Of a stretch of 64,000 bases of DNA, positions 1-10,187 are shown piece after piece. A program made the translations under genes and the position numbers. This stretch comes from a virus. Numbering within the stretch: the stretch's first letter is position 1; the number at the start of each line of letters is the position of its first letter. The notes under the pieces were generated by a model. The model searched no databases. It had not been told where the DNA came from and was given only the letters and a program-made list of their open reading frames with translations. The stretch spans positions 95,684-159,683 of the IMG/VR virus record IMGVR_UViG_3300032224_000970; one strand, 5' to 3'.

Positions 1-225
1 GGACTACATATTGATGAGGGAACTTACTATCAAACAAAAGATAGGTATCATCTCTCAATACAAGGAACGTATAACTATTATTGCGGAGAAGAGATGGTTG
101 TTGTAGAGCCAGGAACTTTGTTGTGGTTCAACAATAAATTACCGCATGGTACTGAGAATGTTGGAGATTGCACAAGAATTACTTTTGTATTTGATGTGCC
201 ACATTCAAAGTGGAACCCAAAATAA
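1..225 (+). CDS. Asp/Asn beta-hydroxylase-like 2OG-Fe(II) oxygenase, 5'-truncated by window edge
   Basis: Frame 1 reads GLHIDEG...RYHLSIQG...WFNNKLPHGTENVGDCTRITFVFD to TAA at 223-225; HxD...H...R facial triad. Confidence 0.75.
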   Translation, partial: GLHIDEGTYYQTKDRYHLSIQGTYNYYCGEEMVVVEPGTLLWFNNKLPHGTENVGDCTRITFVFDVPHSKWNPK

Positions 226-227
226 AT

Positions 228-256
228 TTGACTGCAAATAAAGATTGTAGTATAAT
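228..256 (+). promoter_or_regulatory. sigma70-type promoter
   Basis: TTGACT-17 nt-TATAAT upstream of thioredoxin. Confidence 0.8.
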
Positions 257-274
257 TATACCTGGAGATAAAAA

Positions 275-526
275 ATGAAAGCAATTAAATTTTACGCTGA
301 TTGGTGTGGACCATGCAAAGGTCTTAGCCAAGTTATTAAGAACGCAGGTGACAAAGTCACAGTCCCTATCGAGGAAATGAATATCGATAATGAGATTATG
401 ACTTCTGTTGAATACAATGTTCGTTCAGTACCCACAATGATTCTTCTCAACGATCAGGGCGCAGAGATCAAGCGCAAAGTTGGAACAATGAACGAAGAAC
501 AACTACTAGAATTTTTGAAAGGTTAA
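275..526 (+). CDS. thioredoxin
   Basis: WCGPC active site, VRSVPT cis-Pro motif, GGAG SD. Confidence 0.93.
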   Translation: MKAIKFYADWCGPCKGLSQVIKNAGDKVTVPIEEMNIDNEIMTSVEYNVRSVPTMILLNDQGAEIKRKVGTMNEEQLLEFLKG

Positions 527-527
527 T

Positions 528-1598
528 ATGGGTATTCTTGACAAAATTAAAAAGAACAGCACGATCAAAGACTCAGCTGTTCTATCACAATCAAAATTCT
601 TCACGAAGAAGGATATGATTCCTACCACAGTACCAGCAATCAACATTGCTTTGTCTGGTCGTCTTGATGGTGGTCTTACTCCAGGATTGACAATGTGGGC
701 TGGTCCAAGTAAGCATTTCAAAACAGCATTCAGTCTGCTAATGGCAAAATCTTATCTGGACAAGTATGAAGACGCAGCACTCTTATTCTACGATTCTGAG
801 TTTGGTACTCCTCAATCTTATTTCGATACTTTTGGTATTGACACAAGCAGGGTGCTCCATACTCCTCTTACAGATGTTGAACAACTCAAATTCGACATCA
901 TGCAACAACTGTCAACAGTCGAAAGAGGTGACCACCTTATCATCGTCATCGACTCAATCGGAAACCTTGCTTCAAAGAAAGAAGTAGAGGATGCGATGGA
1001 AGGTAAGTCTGTTGCTGACATGAGTCGTGCGAAACAGATGAAGTCTTTGTTCCGTATGGTAACTCCACACTTGAACCTAAAGGACATTCCTTTGGTTGTT
1101 GTGAACCATACGTATATGGAAATTGGTATGTTCCCGAAAGCAATCGTTGGTGGTGGCACTGGTTCATACTATTCAGCTGATAATATCTTTATTATCGGTC
1201 GTCAACAAGAGAAAGAAGGAACTGAGATTATCGGTTACAACTTTATTATCAATGTAGAAAAATCAAGGTACGTGCGTGAAAAATCTAAAATTCCTGTTAC
1301 TGTATATCATGATGGTGGTATTAGCCGTTGGTCAGGCTTACTTGATATTGCACTTGAATCTGGACATGTCATCAAGCCATCCAATGGATGGTATAGCAAA
1401 GTGGACTTGGAGACTGGAGAAGTAGAAGATAAGAAGTATCGTCTTAAAGATACAGACACCAAAGAATTCTGGATGCCAGTTCTTATGCAAAAATCTTTTG
1501 TAGAGTTTGTGAAGAACAAGTATCAGGTTGGTGCTTCTGATATCCTTAAGGATGAGGACATCTCTACTGAACTAGAATTGATTGACGTAGATGAGTGA
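528..1598 (+). CDS. uvsX: RecA-like recombinase UvsX
   Basis: GPSKHFKT Walker A, YDSEFG, IDSIGNLASKKE, VEKSRYVREKS typical of T4 UvsX. Confidence 0.96.
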   Translation: MGILDKIKKNSTIKDSAVLSQSKFFTKKDMIPTTVPAINIALSGRLDGGLTPGLTMWAGPSKHFKTAFSLLMAKSYLDKYEDAALLFYDSEFGTPQSYFDTFGIDTSRVLHTPLTDVEQLKFDIMQQLSTVERGDHLIIVIDSIGNLASKKEVEDAMEGKSVADMSRAKQMKSLFRMVTPHLNLKDIPLVVVNHTYMEIGMFPKAIVGGGTGSYYSADNIFIIGRQQEKEGTEIIGYNFIINVEKSRYVREKSKIPVTVYHDGGISRWSGLLDIALESGHVIKPSNGWYSKVDLETGEVEDKKYRLKDTDTKEFWMPVLMQKSFVEFVKNKYQVGASDILKDEDISTELELIDVDE

Positions 1599-1887
1599 TA
1601 TCAAATACACTACTGTAAAGGGAAAGTTTAGCAACCTAGATGCAATTAAGTTGCTAGAGTATCCCTATGAGAATGTTATCTTCTCCTACGGTAAGGTGTC
1701 GTTCGAACCAGATGAAGCCAATGACAAATTGATTCTACAGTTTGAATATGATATCCATGACTACGCAGGAAAAGGTTTTGATGAGTCTATCTTTGAAAGC
1801 TACATTGGAGATCTTCTTAAGGAACTTATCCAAGAAGGTATCAAAGAAAATAATTTAACTTATACAGGTGGTGTTGATGAGGATTGA
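1591..1887 (+). CDS. gp40-like head vertex assembly chaperone (positional)
   Basis: 98-aa acidic protein between uvsX and gene 41, same synteny as T4 gene 40. Confidence 0.55.
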   Translation: MSDIKYTTVKGKFSNLDAIKLLEYPYENVIFSYGKVSFEPDEANDKLILQFEYDIHDYAGKGFDESIFESYIGDLLKELIQEGIKENNLTYTGGVDED

Positions 1888-3268
1888 ACAGGCGATATTG
1901 TCGAACCTGATTCACAATGAGGAATACTGTCGAAAGGTGGTTCCTCATTTAAAGAAGGAATATTTCTTAGACCGCAAAGAGGCAACTATCGCCTCTTTGT
2001 TAATTTCGTTCTTTGAAAAGTACAACAAACCAGCCACACCTGAAGTGTTGGCTATTGAGGTTGGCAACATAAAGGGATTTACTGATAAAGAGATTCCCGA
2101 GATGCAAGAGATGATCAAGGAACTCACTCATTCTGAACCTAATCAGGATTGGTTGATTGAGCAAAGTGAAAAATTTTGTAAGGACAAGGCAGTCTATAAT
2201 GCAATTCTTAAATCTATCCAAATTATCGATGGTCGTGACAAAGTACATCAGCAGGATGCTATTCCTACCATACTTTCTGATGCACTTGGCGTTTGCTTTG
2301 ATAATCATGTTGGTCATGATTACATTCAAGATGCTAATGATCGCTTTGATTTTTATCACAGGGTGGAAGAGAAGATTAGTTTCGACCTTGAGATGTTCAA
2401 CAAAATCACCAAAGGTGGACTCAGCAAGAAAACTTTGAACATTGCTTTGGCTGGCACAGGTGTTGGTAAGTCGTTGTTTATGTGTCACGTTGCTGCAGGT
2501 GTTTTGATGCAGGGCAAAAATGTTCTGTATATCACGATGGAGATGGCAGAGGAACGCATCGCTGAACGTATTGATGCGAACTTACTTAACCTTACAATGG
2601 ATGAACTGAAGGTAGTTGACAAAGATATATTTGACTCACGTCTTGAGAAGATTGCGAAGAAAACACAGGGCACTCTTATCGTCAAAGAGTATCCGACTGC
2701 CAGTGCTCACGCAGGGCACTTTCGTGCATTGCTTGAAGAACTTAAACTCAAGAAAGAGTTTGCACCAGATATCGTGATGATCGACTATCTGAATATCTGT
2801 GCGAGTCAGCGTTTGAAGATGGGTGCGAATGTAAATTCTTATACATATGTTAAGACGATTGCTGAAGAACTTCGTGGCTTGGCTGTTGAATATAATGTAC
2901 CGATTGTGTCAGCTACTCAAACAACTCGTTCAGGATTTACCAACTCGGATCCAGGACTTGAGGATACTTCAGAATCGTTTGGTTTGCCAGCCACTGCCGA
3001 CTTTATGTTTGCACTTGTAAGTAATGAAGAACTTGAACAACTGAATCAGATTATCGTTAAGCAGTTGAAGAATCGTTACAATGATCCAAACTACTACAAG
3101 AGGTTTGTCATTGGTATTGATAGAGCAAAGATGAAGTTATATGATGTTGAAGTATCAGCACAAGAAGGACTATCAGATGCTGGTTCGAAAGATGATAAAC
3201 CATTATTTGATAAAAGTGACTTTGGTAAACGAATACATAATGAAGGATTTAATGGTTTTAAGTTTTAA
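1877..3268 (+). CDS. 41: replicative DNA helicase gp41 (DnaB-like)
   Basis: AGTGVGKS Walker A, ITMEMAEERIAERIDAN, IDYLNIC, SESFGLPATAD, KQLKNRY. Confidence 0.96.
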   Translation: MRIEQAILSNLIHNEEYCRKVVPHLKKEYFLDRKEATIASLLISFFEKYNKPATPEVLAIEVGNIKGFTDKEIPEMQEMIKELTHSEPNQDWLIEQSEKFCKDKAVYNAILKSIQIIDGRDKVHQQDAIPTILSDALGVCFDNHVGHDYIQDANDRFDFYHRVEEKISFDLEMFNKITKGGLSKKTLNIALAGTGVGKSLFMCHVAAGVLMQGKNVLYITMEMAEERIAERIDANLLNLTMDELKVVDKDIFDSRLEKIAKKTQGTLIVKEYPTASAHAGHFRALLEELKLKKEFAPDIVMIDYLNICASQRLKMGANVNSYTYVKTIAEELRGLAVEYNVPIVSATQTTRSGFTNSDPGLEDTSESFGLPATADFMFALVSNEELEQLNQIIVKQLKNRYNDPNYYKRFVIGIDRAKMKLYDVEVSAQEGLSDAGSKDDKPLFDKSDFGKRIHNEGFNGFKF

Positions 3269-3279
3269 GGAGAATAGAA

Positions 3280-4590
3280 ATGGTTAAAGTTATTGTTGCT
3301 GAAAAGAAATATGATTGCACACATATGTTGGGTCAGTTCCCAACAGAGAATGACTACGATTTTCTTATTGAAGAAGATTGCGATGTTTATATGCCAGCTA
3401 GTACTATGGGCGACTCAGACGATAATCTTGAGAATAGGATTGTTCTGAAGTTTCGTAAAAACTTTTTCAGCAAAGAACTTCAAGACGCAGCGTATGCTGG
3501 ATTGAGAGATGCTGCAACTGAATCTCAGAATCGTGGATTGGCAGCTGGACCACGTCAGGGAACTCTTGGTAATCGTGAATGGGTTACTGACTATGAGTAT
3601 GAGGTCTTGGATCAGTTGTTGAAGCCAGCGCAAAATCTTTTCGGTGAAGATCCTATCGAAGAGATTCGCAAGAAACACAAAGAACGTAAGAGCACTGCAT
3701 CTAATCGTGCACGTGTTTGGTCTATCGAACGTGTGAAGAAAGAGAACTTCAAGTTTGATGAGTGGGTTGACAGCCTAAAGAATTTACCTGAGGATGAAGT
3801 ACGAGGTAAGGCTGAGTATGTTGCTGAGAAGTTAATCTGTGCAACTACCTATGCGAACTCTGTTCATTCTGGTATCGCTGGTTGGTTCGATCGCTATCCA
3901 CGTATCCCTTATGGTCGTGCGACTTCTTATACTCGTGATCACTTGGAGAAGTTTAAATTGTCATACCCATTCCTACAGTATCTATCAAAGGGATTTGAAC
4001 AACTGCTGCCATGGCGATATGAGAATCAAATGGCTGCTGCCAGAAAGATTGATCCAGGATATCTTGTTCCAGGAACTCCCTTCACAACTATCACTGTGAA
4101 TAAATCTTTCCGCACTGCTTGTCACTTTGACGCAGGTGATTTGAATAGTGGCTTATCAAATTTATTGACACTTTCAAACAATGGTAACTACAAAGGTTGT
4201 TATCTTGTTGCACCTGAGTATCGTGTTGCAGTTAATCCACGTCCAGGAGATTTGCTTCTGATCAACAATCACGAAGTTATGCATGGCAACACTCAGATTG
4301 AATTGCTTGATGATGAAGCAGAGCGTATCTCTTTGGTATGTTACTTCCGTGAAAAGATGATGGAACTTGGTAGCAAAGAGTATGAAGATACTCGCTATCA
4401 GTTTGTTGAAGATCGTCGTCACAACAAAGAGCACCCTGAACAGCGTCCACTTTGGAATGGTGTTTCTGAAGGTATGTGGTTATCAGATGAATGGTATGAG
4501 TATCTGGAAAAGAAACTTGGTACCGAGCAGTTGCATAAGTACCACCCAGAATCAGTTAAGTCTGGTTCTCTTGATGAATTTTTTGCGTAA
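3280..4590 (+). CDS. TET/JBP-family 2OG-Fe(II) 5-methylpyrimidine dioxygenase
   Basis: FTTITVNKSFRTACHFDAGD (HxD), HEVMHGNT, RISLVCYFRE match TET/JBP catalytic signature. Confidence 0.8.
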   Translation: MVKVIVAEKKYDCTHMLGQFPTENDYDFLIEEDCDVYMPASTMGDSDDNLENRIVLKFRKNFFSKELQDAAYAGLRDAATESQNRGLAAGPRQGTLGNREWVTDYEYEVLDQLLKPAQNLFGEDPIEEIRKKHKERKSTASNRARVWSIERVKKENFKFDEWVDSLKNLPEDEVRGKAEYVAEKLICATTYANSVHSGIAGWFDRYPRIPYGRATSYTRDHLEKFKLSYPFLQYLSKGFEQLLPWRYENQMAAARKIDPGYLVPGTPFTTITVNKSFRTACHFDAGDLNSGLSNLLTLSNNGNYKGCYLVAPEYRVAVNPRPGDLLLINNHEVMHGNTQIELLDDEAERISLVCYFREKMMELGSKEYEDTRYQFVEDRRHNKEHPEQRPLWNGVSEGMWLSDEWYEYLEKKLGTEQLHKYHPESVKSGSLDEFFA

Positions 4591-4598
4591 GGGTTATT

Positions 4599-5606
4599 AT
4601 GTCTCTACATGAGTTTCTCGGTGAAGAAAGGTTACTAGAGTGGTTCTATTCAAGCAATTCTAGTAATACTGGAAAAACTATTGGTTATCGAAGAGTGTCT
4701 GGTAAGATTGGCTTAACGAACAAAGAGAATGGTGTTCGTGGCGCATGGGTAGAGAAACGTGTTGCTCTATTCAAAAATCTTATGATTCTCAATGGGTATA
4801 GAATCATTCCACTTTCAGAAGCCACTGATGCAACAAAGGATGATGGGTTTGAAACATTCTCAGAGTATCAACCCTGTGATATCCTTATGCTTGAGTTTGG
4901 TGGAACTAACCTACAGTTCTATCAGAAGTATTGGGATAAGACTGTTGAAATGATTAAGGCACACAAAGGTCGCATCATCTTTTTGAATGATGACCCAGAC
5001 CTACCTTTCCTGTGGGAACTGTTGCCTGATGAAGATTGGTCACGTTGGACTATTGCTGCCAATGCAGTCAACTGCGATGAAGTTGCAAAGGTTCTAAAGT
5101 GTCCAGAAGGTTCACGCACTGTTGACTTACCAATGGCTTCTGGTATGGAAGGTGAGAGCTTTCATGCTGGTGAGGTAGAAGCGATTGTCTATATCGGCAG
5201 ACCTAATGGTCGCACGAAATACTTCAAGGAATTTACCAAGTCAAGAGAACTTAAGATTGCTGGTAAGGAAGCTGAGTGGGAAGATTATTCAGGACTAGAG
5301 ATAATGGAAAATCCACAGCAAAGAGATCGTAGGAAATTCTATCAGAAGTTTGCTGGTTGTCTTGCTGTCTTTGACGACAAGCATAAGAACACTGGCTGGA
5401 GAACTGGTCGTGCCTACCATGCTCTCTATGCTGGTATCCCTGTTTGTGCACCAAGAGGTAATGCTGGACTTGGCTGGTGTTTCCCTGTAGATACTGCAGC
5501 TGACATTTCAATGTTTGCAAAGTTGTCTGCCGAGAAGCGTCAGAAGATCTGGGAGAAGCAGGTAGAACTTGCTATTGATACCATTATCAATCCAATTACT
5601 CTATGA
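4599..5606 (+). CDS. GT-B glycosyltransferase resembling T4 DNA beta-glucosyltransferase
   Basis: YIGRPNGR, LAVFDDKH...WRTGRAYHALYAGIPV resemble BGT C-terminal motifs; DDPDLP; adjacent to TET/JBP gene. Confidence 0.6.
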   Translation: MSLHEFLGEERLLEWFYSSNSSNTGKTIGYRRVSGKIGLTNKENGVRGAWVEKRVALFKNLMILNGYRIIPLSEATDATKDDGFETFSEYQPCDILMLEFGGTNLQFYQKYWDKTVEMIKAHKGRIIFLNDDPDLPFLWELLPDEDWSRWTIAANAVNCDEVAKVLKCPEGSRTVDLPMASGMEGESFHAGEVEAIVYIGRPNGRTKYFKEFTKSRELKIAGKEAEWEDYSGLEIMENPQQRDRRKFYQKFAGCLAVFDDKHKNTGWRTGRAYHALYAGIPVCAPRGNAGLGWCFPVDTAADISMFAKLSAEKRQKIWEKQVELAIDTIINPITL

Positions 5607-6052
5607 AAGTATCCTACGATATCGATGGAGTACTGGCTGCTCAGCCACCTGCCAATGACAAGAAGTGGGGTCATATGGATGGGGCTGAGCGCAGAGCCAG
5701 AAAGGAATTCCTCTATGACTGGTATGCCAATGCCGAGAAGTTGATCGAGCCAGTGGAGCAGGAATTCTACGCTATTTCTGCAAGAAAACGAGAGCCAAGG
5801 ATTCATACAATTACAAATGACTGGTTGAATAAATACTATAGTAAGAGAGTCTTGGCATTCTATTTACTTGGAACTTCTAGAACAGTTGAGAACGTCGTCC
5901 GATTCAAGTCTGAAACAGTCCTTGAGTTGGGCGTCCAACGACATTATGAAGATAACAAGAAGGTTTTGAGAGGGATGCGAAAAATACTTCCTCCCGAAGT
6001 TGAGTTGTATTTTTGGGAAAGGGGAATGGACCAACCAATACCGTTTAAGTAA
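5603..6052 (+). CDS. HAD-superfamily phosphatase
   Basis: N-terminal YDIDGVLA (DxDG), SAR motif II, K, YED motif IV. Confidence 0.7.
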   Translation: MKVSYDIDGVLAAQPPANDKKWGHMDGAERRARKEFLYDWYANAEKLIEPVEQEFYAISARKREPRIHTITNDWLNKYYSKRVLAFYLLGTSRTVENVVRFKSETVLELGVQRHYEDNKKVLRGMRKILPPEVELYFWERGMDQPIPFK

Positions 6053-6061
6053 GGACTAATA

Positions 6062-6760
6062 ATGAAATACATACAGAGTCTTAACTTTGATTGGATAGAA
6101 ATCCTCAACTTTTATGAACGACCATTCAGAGCCAAATTCATCCCAGCCAAAATCTGGGGTGAATTAGACAATTACAAAAACGATCCACAGGGACTTAGCA
6201 ACTACGTTAAGAAGTGGCGTACTAAGATAGTTTGGAAGAAAGAACTTTCCAAAGCAAAGACCTATCAAAACTATATCGCTATCGGTGGCGAGTATGATCC
6301 CGAGAAAAGACAGTCGACTCTTTTCATGTGCACCGACAATTACAAACACTTTCAATTTACCCAAGATTCATGGGATAAGTTTAAGTACCGCATCATCCAA
6401 ACTCTAATGCATGAGATTATTCACTGCTCTCAGTTTATGAAGAGAGGTGATGAGTGGAGTAACTATGTTCTTCCTTACAAGAAAGTTGGTAAGGTGAAGA
6501 TTGATAGAGAGCGTCGCTACTACTCAGAGTTTGATGAGATTCAAGCATATGCTCACTGCGTATACCTAGACCTTAAAGTCGGCAAGCCAACCATCGAAGT
6601 CCCAATCCTATTGAATCGTTGCAAGAAATATAGAGACTCTAAGACTCTACACTTCTTCCTTAAAGCATTCGACTACGACTTCAAAAACAACTTTGCACCA
6701 AAGAAAATTCTACAACATGTAGCCAAGTGGGATCGCAAATATAATAGATACGTAGCCTAA
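6062..6760 (+). CDS. putative zincin metallopeptidase-like protein
   Basis: LMHEIIH (HExxH) and downstream YYSEFDEIQAYA. Confidence 0.6.
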   Translation: MKYIQSLNFDWIEILNFYERPFRAKFIPAKIWGELDNYKNDPQGLSNYVKKWRTKIVWKKELSKAKTYQNYIAIGGEYDPEKRQSTLFMCTDNYKHFQFTQDSWDKFKYRIIQTLMHEIIHCSQFMKRGDEWSNYVLPYKKVGKVKIDRERRYYSEFDEIQAYAHCVYLDLKVGKPTIEVPILLNRCKKYRDSKTLHFFLKAFDYDFKNNFAPKKILQHVAKWDRKYNRYVA

Positions 6761-6787
6761 ATAGTCTATCATTTATTGAGGATTACT

Positions 6788-8167
6788 ATGGCTGGATATA
6801 ATTACGATAAACTTGGTGTTACTGCCAAAAAGATAACTGAGTACTTAACGAAGAAGGGTGTTAAAGCATCCGTCAAAGTATCACGTTATCAAAAAGAAAT
6901 CAAGGCAGTTGAAGTCGCAGCACCTGTTCCCTTAGAGACATTCTTAAAAGATAATGCCATCGCAGGCAAGATAACAGATCTAACATCTGTTGAAGAGAAG
7001 TCTATCTCTGGTAAGTATAAAGCAAAACTGGTTACAATCACTACTGCTAACACTGCAGTTGCTAAAGGTGAAATGTTCTTTCTCGTTAATACCTATACAG
7101 AGAAAGGTAGCCTGAAGACAAAAGATCTGGCACCAGAAAAGTTTAATCTTACAACAAGTAAATTCTCAACTGCAGTTGAGTTTGATAATGCAGTTACCAA
7201 AGGCATCAAGGGAAATAATACACTTCCCCTTGATATCAAAAATACAATCACAGAGTTATATAAAAGTGTAGCTGCGAATACAGCTACAAAAGATCTAGTC
7301 CCATTCAATGCTGCTGCAAAGAAAGCGATGGCTCTTGTTAAGCCACAAGATAAACAAGCCATCGGTAAAGACTTCGGTGAAATTCTTTCGATGCGTTGGT
7401 ATATCACACAGTCATGGGCATCTACTTGGAAAGAATGTTTCTTCTCACAGATCAGTAACGAAGCATTGGTAGACTTCGTTGTAATGAAGAAGGAAGGTAA
7501 AGAGATAGTCAAGAAAGATATCTCTGCCAAATTTGAAGCAGGTGCTGCACCATCTATCGGTGCGATCGTTGGTAAAATTGACGAAGTCTATAAAGCACCA
7601 CTTGCCAATGAGAAAGTTGCTATCGGAGTGTTACAAGCATTGGCTGCTGATGGAGCAAACACTTCAACTAAAATTCTCGCTGCGATGAAGACTATCAACC
7701 ATCCAGCATATAAAGTCCTACAAAAAATTGTTGGTAAGAAAACAGCTTTCACCATACAGGATATTTCTGAACATATTGCTGCGATTGCTAAAGCAGGAAA
7801 GACTGCTGATGCCAGAATCAAACTATTCAAGACTGCCTATAAAGAATACTATGATGTTCTCGGTAAGAATGCCAGTGAGGATTCTATCTCTGTTGTTTTC
7901 TCAGCACCAACATTCAAAAAATATTATTCATTGGTCATGGCACCGATGGGTTATGCGTTAGTTGATTATATGAATAAACAGGCAGTTTATCAGGATATTC
8001 TGAATAAGATTAGCCAGCAAATGAAGACCGAGCAGGTTTACCTGGACTTTATTGGCGAGAATATGAGGTTCACCAAGAAACTATTCTCCAAAGCCAGCTT
8101 TAAATTCGCCTACGGAGCCAACGCCAAGGACTCGGACAATACAGGCATTAAATTCTCTATGTTATAA
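6788..8167 (+). CDS. hypothetical protein with possible PD-(D/E)XK nuclease core
   Basis: KDFGE...NEALVDF...DISAK pattern; preceded by CTAAATA late-promoter-like motif. Confidence 0.45.
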   Translation: MAGYNYDKLGVTAKKITEYLTKKGVKASVKVSRYQKEIKAVEVAAPVPLETFLKDNAIAGKITDLTSVEEKSISGKYKAKLVTITTANTAVAKGEMFFLVNTYTEKGSLKTKDLAPEKFNLTTSKFSTAVEFDNAVTKGIKGNNTLPLDIKNTITELYKSVAANTATKDLVPFNAAAKKAMALVKPQDKQAIGKDFGEILSMRWYITQSWASTWKECFFSQISNEALVDFVVMKKEGKEIVKKDISAKFEAGAAPSIGAIVGKIDEVYKAPLANEKVAIGVLQALAADGANTSTKILAAMKTINHPAYKVLQKIVGKKTAFTIQDISEHIAAIAKAGKTADARIKLFKTAYKEYYDVLGKNASEDSISVVFSAPTFKKYYSLVMAPMGYALVDYMNKQAVYQDILNKISQQMKTEQVYLDFIGENMRFTKKLFSKASFKFAYGANAKDSDNTGIKFSML

Positions 8168-8168
8168 T

Positions 8169-8232
8169 AACCCTACTGGCAGTAGGGTTTTGCAATAAAG
8201 TGCTTTACTTTAATTGCAAAATAGGGTATAAT
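8169..8232 (+). promoter_or_regulatory. hairpin/terminator + early promoter cassette
   Basis: AACCCTAC/GTAGGGTT hairpin with T-tract, then TTTACT-17-TATAAT (8204-8232). Confidence 0.75.
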
Positions 8233-8286
8233 AGGTGTGTAGTTAGGGGGAAACCTAAATAATAGATCTAGTAAGAGGAGACGGAC

Positions 8287-9525
8287 ATGAAGTCGTTTAA
8301 GGGTTATTTACTCGAAGCCAAAGATGCCCAAGGGCATGGCTCCGATAGCGAAGGTGATAAGTTAAAGCATATTCACCATGCCGAAGATCGTCCATTGATG
8401 CATGGTCACGAAGGTTTTGAACATGCACATGGTGCGTTGAGCCAAGCCCATGAACATATGAAGGCTGGTCAAAAGAATTCAAACCTGACAATGAAGTATG
8501 ATGGATCGCCATCAGTTGTGTTTGGTCATCATCCAAAGTCTGGTAAATTTTTCGTTGCTTCAAAATCCGCATTCAATAAAGATCCAAAATTAAATTATAG
8601 TCAAGCTGACATTCAAAAGAATCATGGTCATGCTCCAGGACTTGTTCAGAAACTTGGTGCTGCTCTACAACATCTTCCAAAAGTTGCTCCAAAGAAAGGT
8701 GTTTATCAAGGTGACTTGATGCACTCGCATGATGATGTAAAGCATGATAAGAAAACAGGTAAGGCTACCTTTACACCAAACACTATTACGTATACTGCTT
8801 CTGGTGATGAAGCAAAGAAACGTGCTCAATCTAAAGTAGGTGTTGTTGTTCATCAGAAATACGAGCATGGTAAAGATAATGAGTTGCACAATATGCATGC
8901 TACTCCGCATCCTGATACTCACAACTTCGGTTCACATAGTGATGTTCATTTGCAATCAGCTGAGCATGACACCAGCAAGGTAAAGTATTCTGATAAAGAT
9001 CAGAAAGAATTTCATGGTCATATGAAAGCTGCACAAGATATTCACAGTAAGCATGGTTCAAAAATGTATGGTGCTATTCATCCTACGCATGCTGGTGAAG
9101 GTGGTCATCTTGGCACTTACATTAACTCAACTGTTCGCACTGGTGAAACGCCATCTGCAAAAGGTTTCCAACAGCATATGACTGGTCAATTTGAGAAAGG
9201 TGCACAGAAGTTGAAGTCTGAAGCAGGTCAGACTAAGAAACGTGCTGAAGGTGCTTCGCATGTTGCACATATTGAAAAGAATAAACAACACTATGAGAAT
9301 CTACTAAAGATGCATGGTCATCTAGGTAAAGCAAAGGATACATTAGTTCGCAATTTGAATCAGCATTCAGGTGGACTTGAACATCATATCGATAACAATA
9401 AAACAGATCCAGAAGGTTTCGTTATTAACCATACTCGCAATGGTAAGACTGAACCAACTAAACTTGTAAATCGTGCAGAGTTTAGTAAAGCGAATCTGTT
9501 AAAAGTAAAGGCATGGAAGAAATGA
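8287..9525 (+). CDS. His-rich ligase-like nucleotidyltransferase (DUF6267-like), probable internal head protein
   Basis: KYDG (ligase motif I), QGD, EGFV (motif IV), KLVNR (motif V); N-terminus MKSFKGYLLE|A resembles T4 capsid-targeting sequence. Confidence 0.6.
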   Translation: MKSFKGYLLEAKDAQGHGSDSEGDKLKHIHHAEDRPLMHGHEGFEHAHGALSQAHEHMKAGQKNSNLTMKYDGSPSVVFGHHPKSGKFFVASKSAFNKDPKLNYSQADIQKNHGHAPGLVQKLGAALQHLPKVAPKKGVYQGDLMHSHDDVKHDKKTGKATFTPNTITYTASGDEAKKRAQSKVGVVVHQKYEHGKDNELHNMHATPHPDTHNFGSHSDVHLQSAEHDTSKVKYSDKDQKEFHGHMKAAQDIHSKHGSKMYGAIHPTHAGEGGHLGTYINSTVRTGETPSAKGFQQHMTGQFEKGAQKLKSEAGQTKKRAEGASHVAHIEKNKQHYENLLKMHGHLGKAKDTLVRNLNQHSGGLEHHIDNNKTDPEGFVINHTRNGKTEPTKLVNRAEFSKANLLKVKAWKK

Positions 9526-10187
9526 TATCATTCAAAGATTATATAAAAGAAGGTAAGCGTGGCTTGTGGGATAACATTCACGCTAAGAGAGAAAGAATTA
9601 AAAATGGTTCAGGTGAGCGTATGCGTAAACCTGGAAGCAAAGGTGCTCCCACTGCTGCTGACTTTAAAGCATCTCAAGAATCTTTTGAACAAACATTAAG
9701 TATGTTAGAAGAAGCAGCAAAAGCAATTGATAGTGGTGAGTATGATTACGAAGGTCAAATGGCTCGCACTCAACTTCAAACTATCTTGCGCAATTCCAAA
9801 GATTTAATTGATATGTTATCTGATGAAGATAACATGCCAGAGTGGGTTCAGTCAAAGATTACCTTGGCTCAAGACTATATTACTTGCGTAAGAGATTATC
9901 TTCAGTCTAAAGAAGAACTTGGTGAAGCAGCTACTGCAGATGCAAAAGGTTACAAGAGTGCTACTGGTGGTTTGACGCAGAAGGGTCGTGATCACTACAA
10001 CAACACAGAAGGTGGAAACCTTAAAGCACCAGTTACTACACCACCAAGCAAACTAAAGGCTGGTAGTAAAGCTGCTAATCGTCGTAAGTCTTTCTGTGCC
10101 AGAATGTCTGGTGTAGATGGTCCAATGGAGAAACCAAATGGCGAGCCAACAAGAAAGGCACTCGCACTAAGAAAGTGGAACTGCTAA
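9522..10187 (+). CDS. modular internal head protein
   Basis: MISFKDYIKE N-terminus; three small modules separated by LEE|A and LGE|A; C-terminal RRKSFCARM...ALRKWNC module. Confidence 0.6.
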   Translation: MISFKDYIKEGKRGLWDNIHAKRERIKNGSGERMRKPGSKGAPTAADFKASQESFEQTLSMLEEAAKAIDSGEYDYEGQMARTQLQTILRNSKDLIDMLSDEDNMPEWVQSKITLAQDYITCVRDYLQSKEELGEAATADAKGYKSATGGLTQKGRDHYNNTEGGNLKAPVTTPPSKLKAGSKAANRRKSFCARMSGVDGPMEKPNGEPTRKALALRKWNC

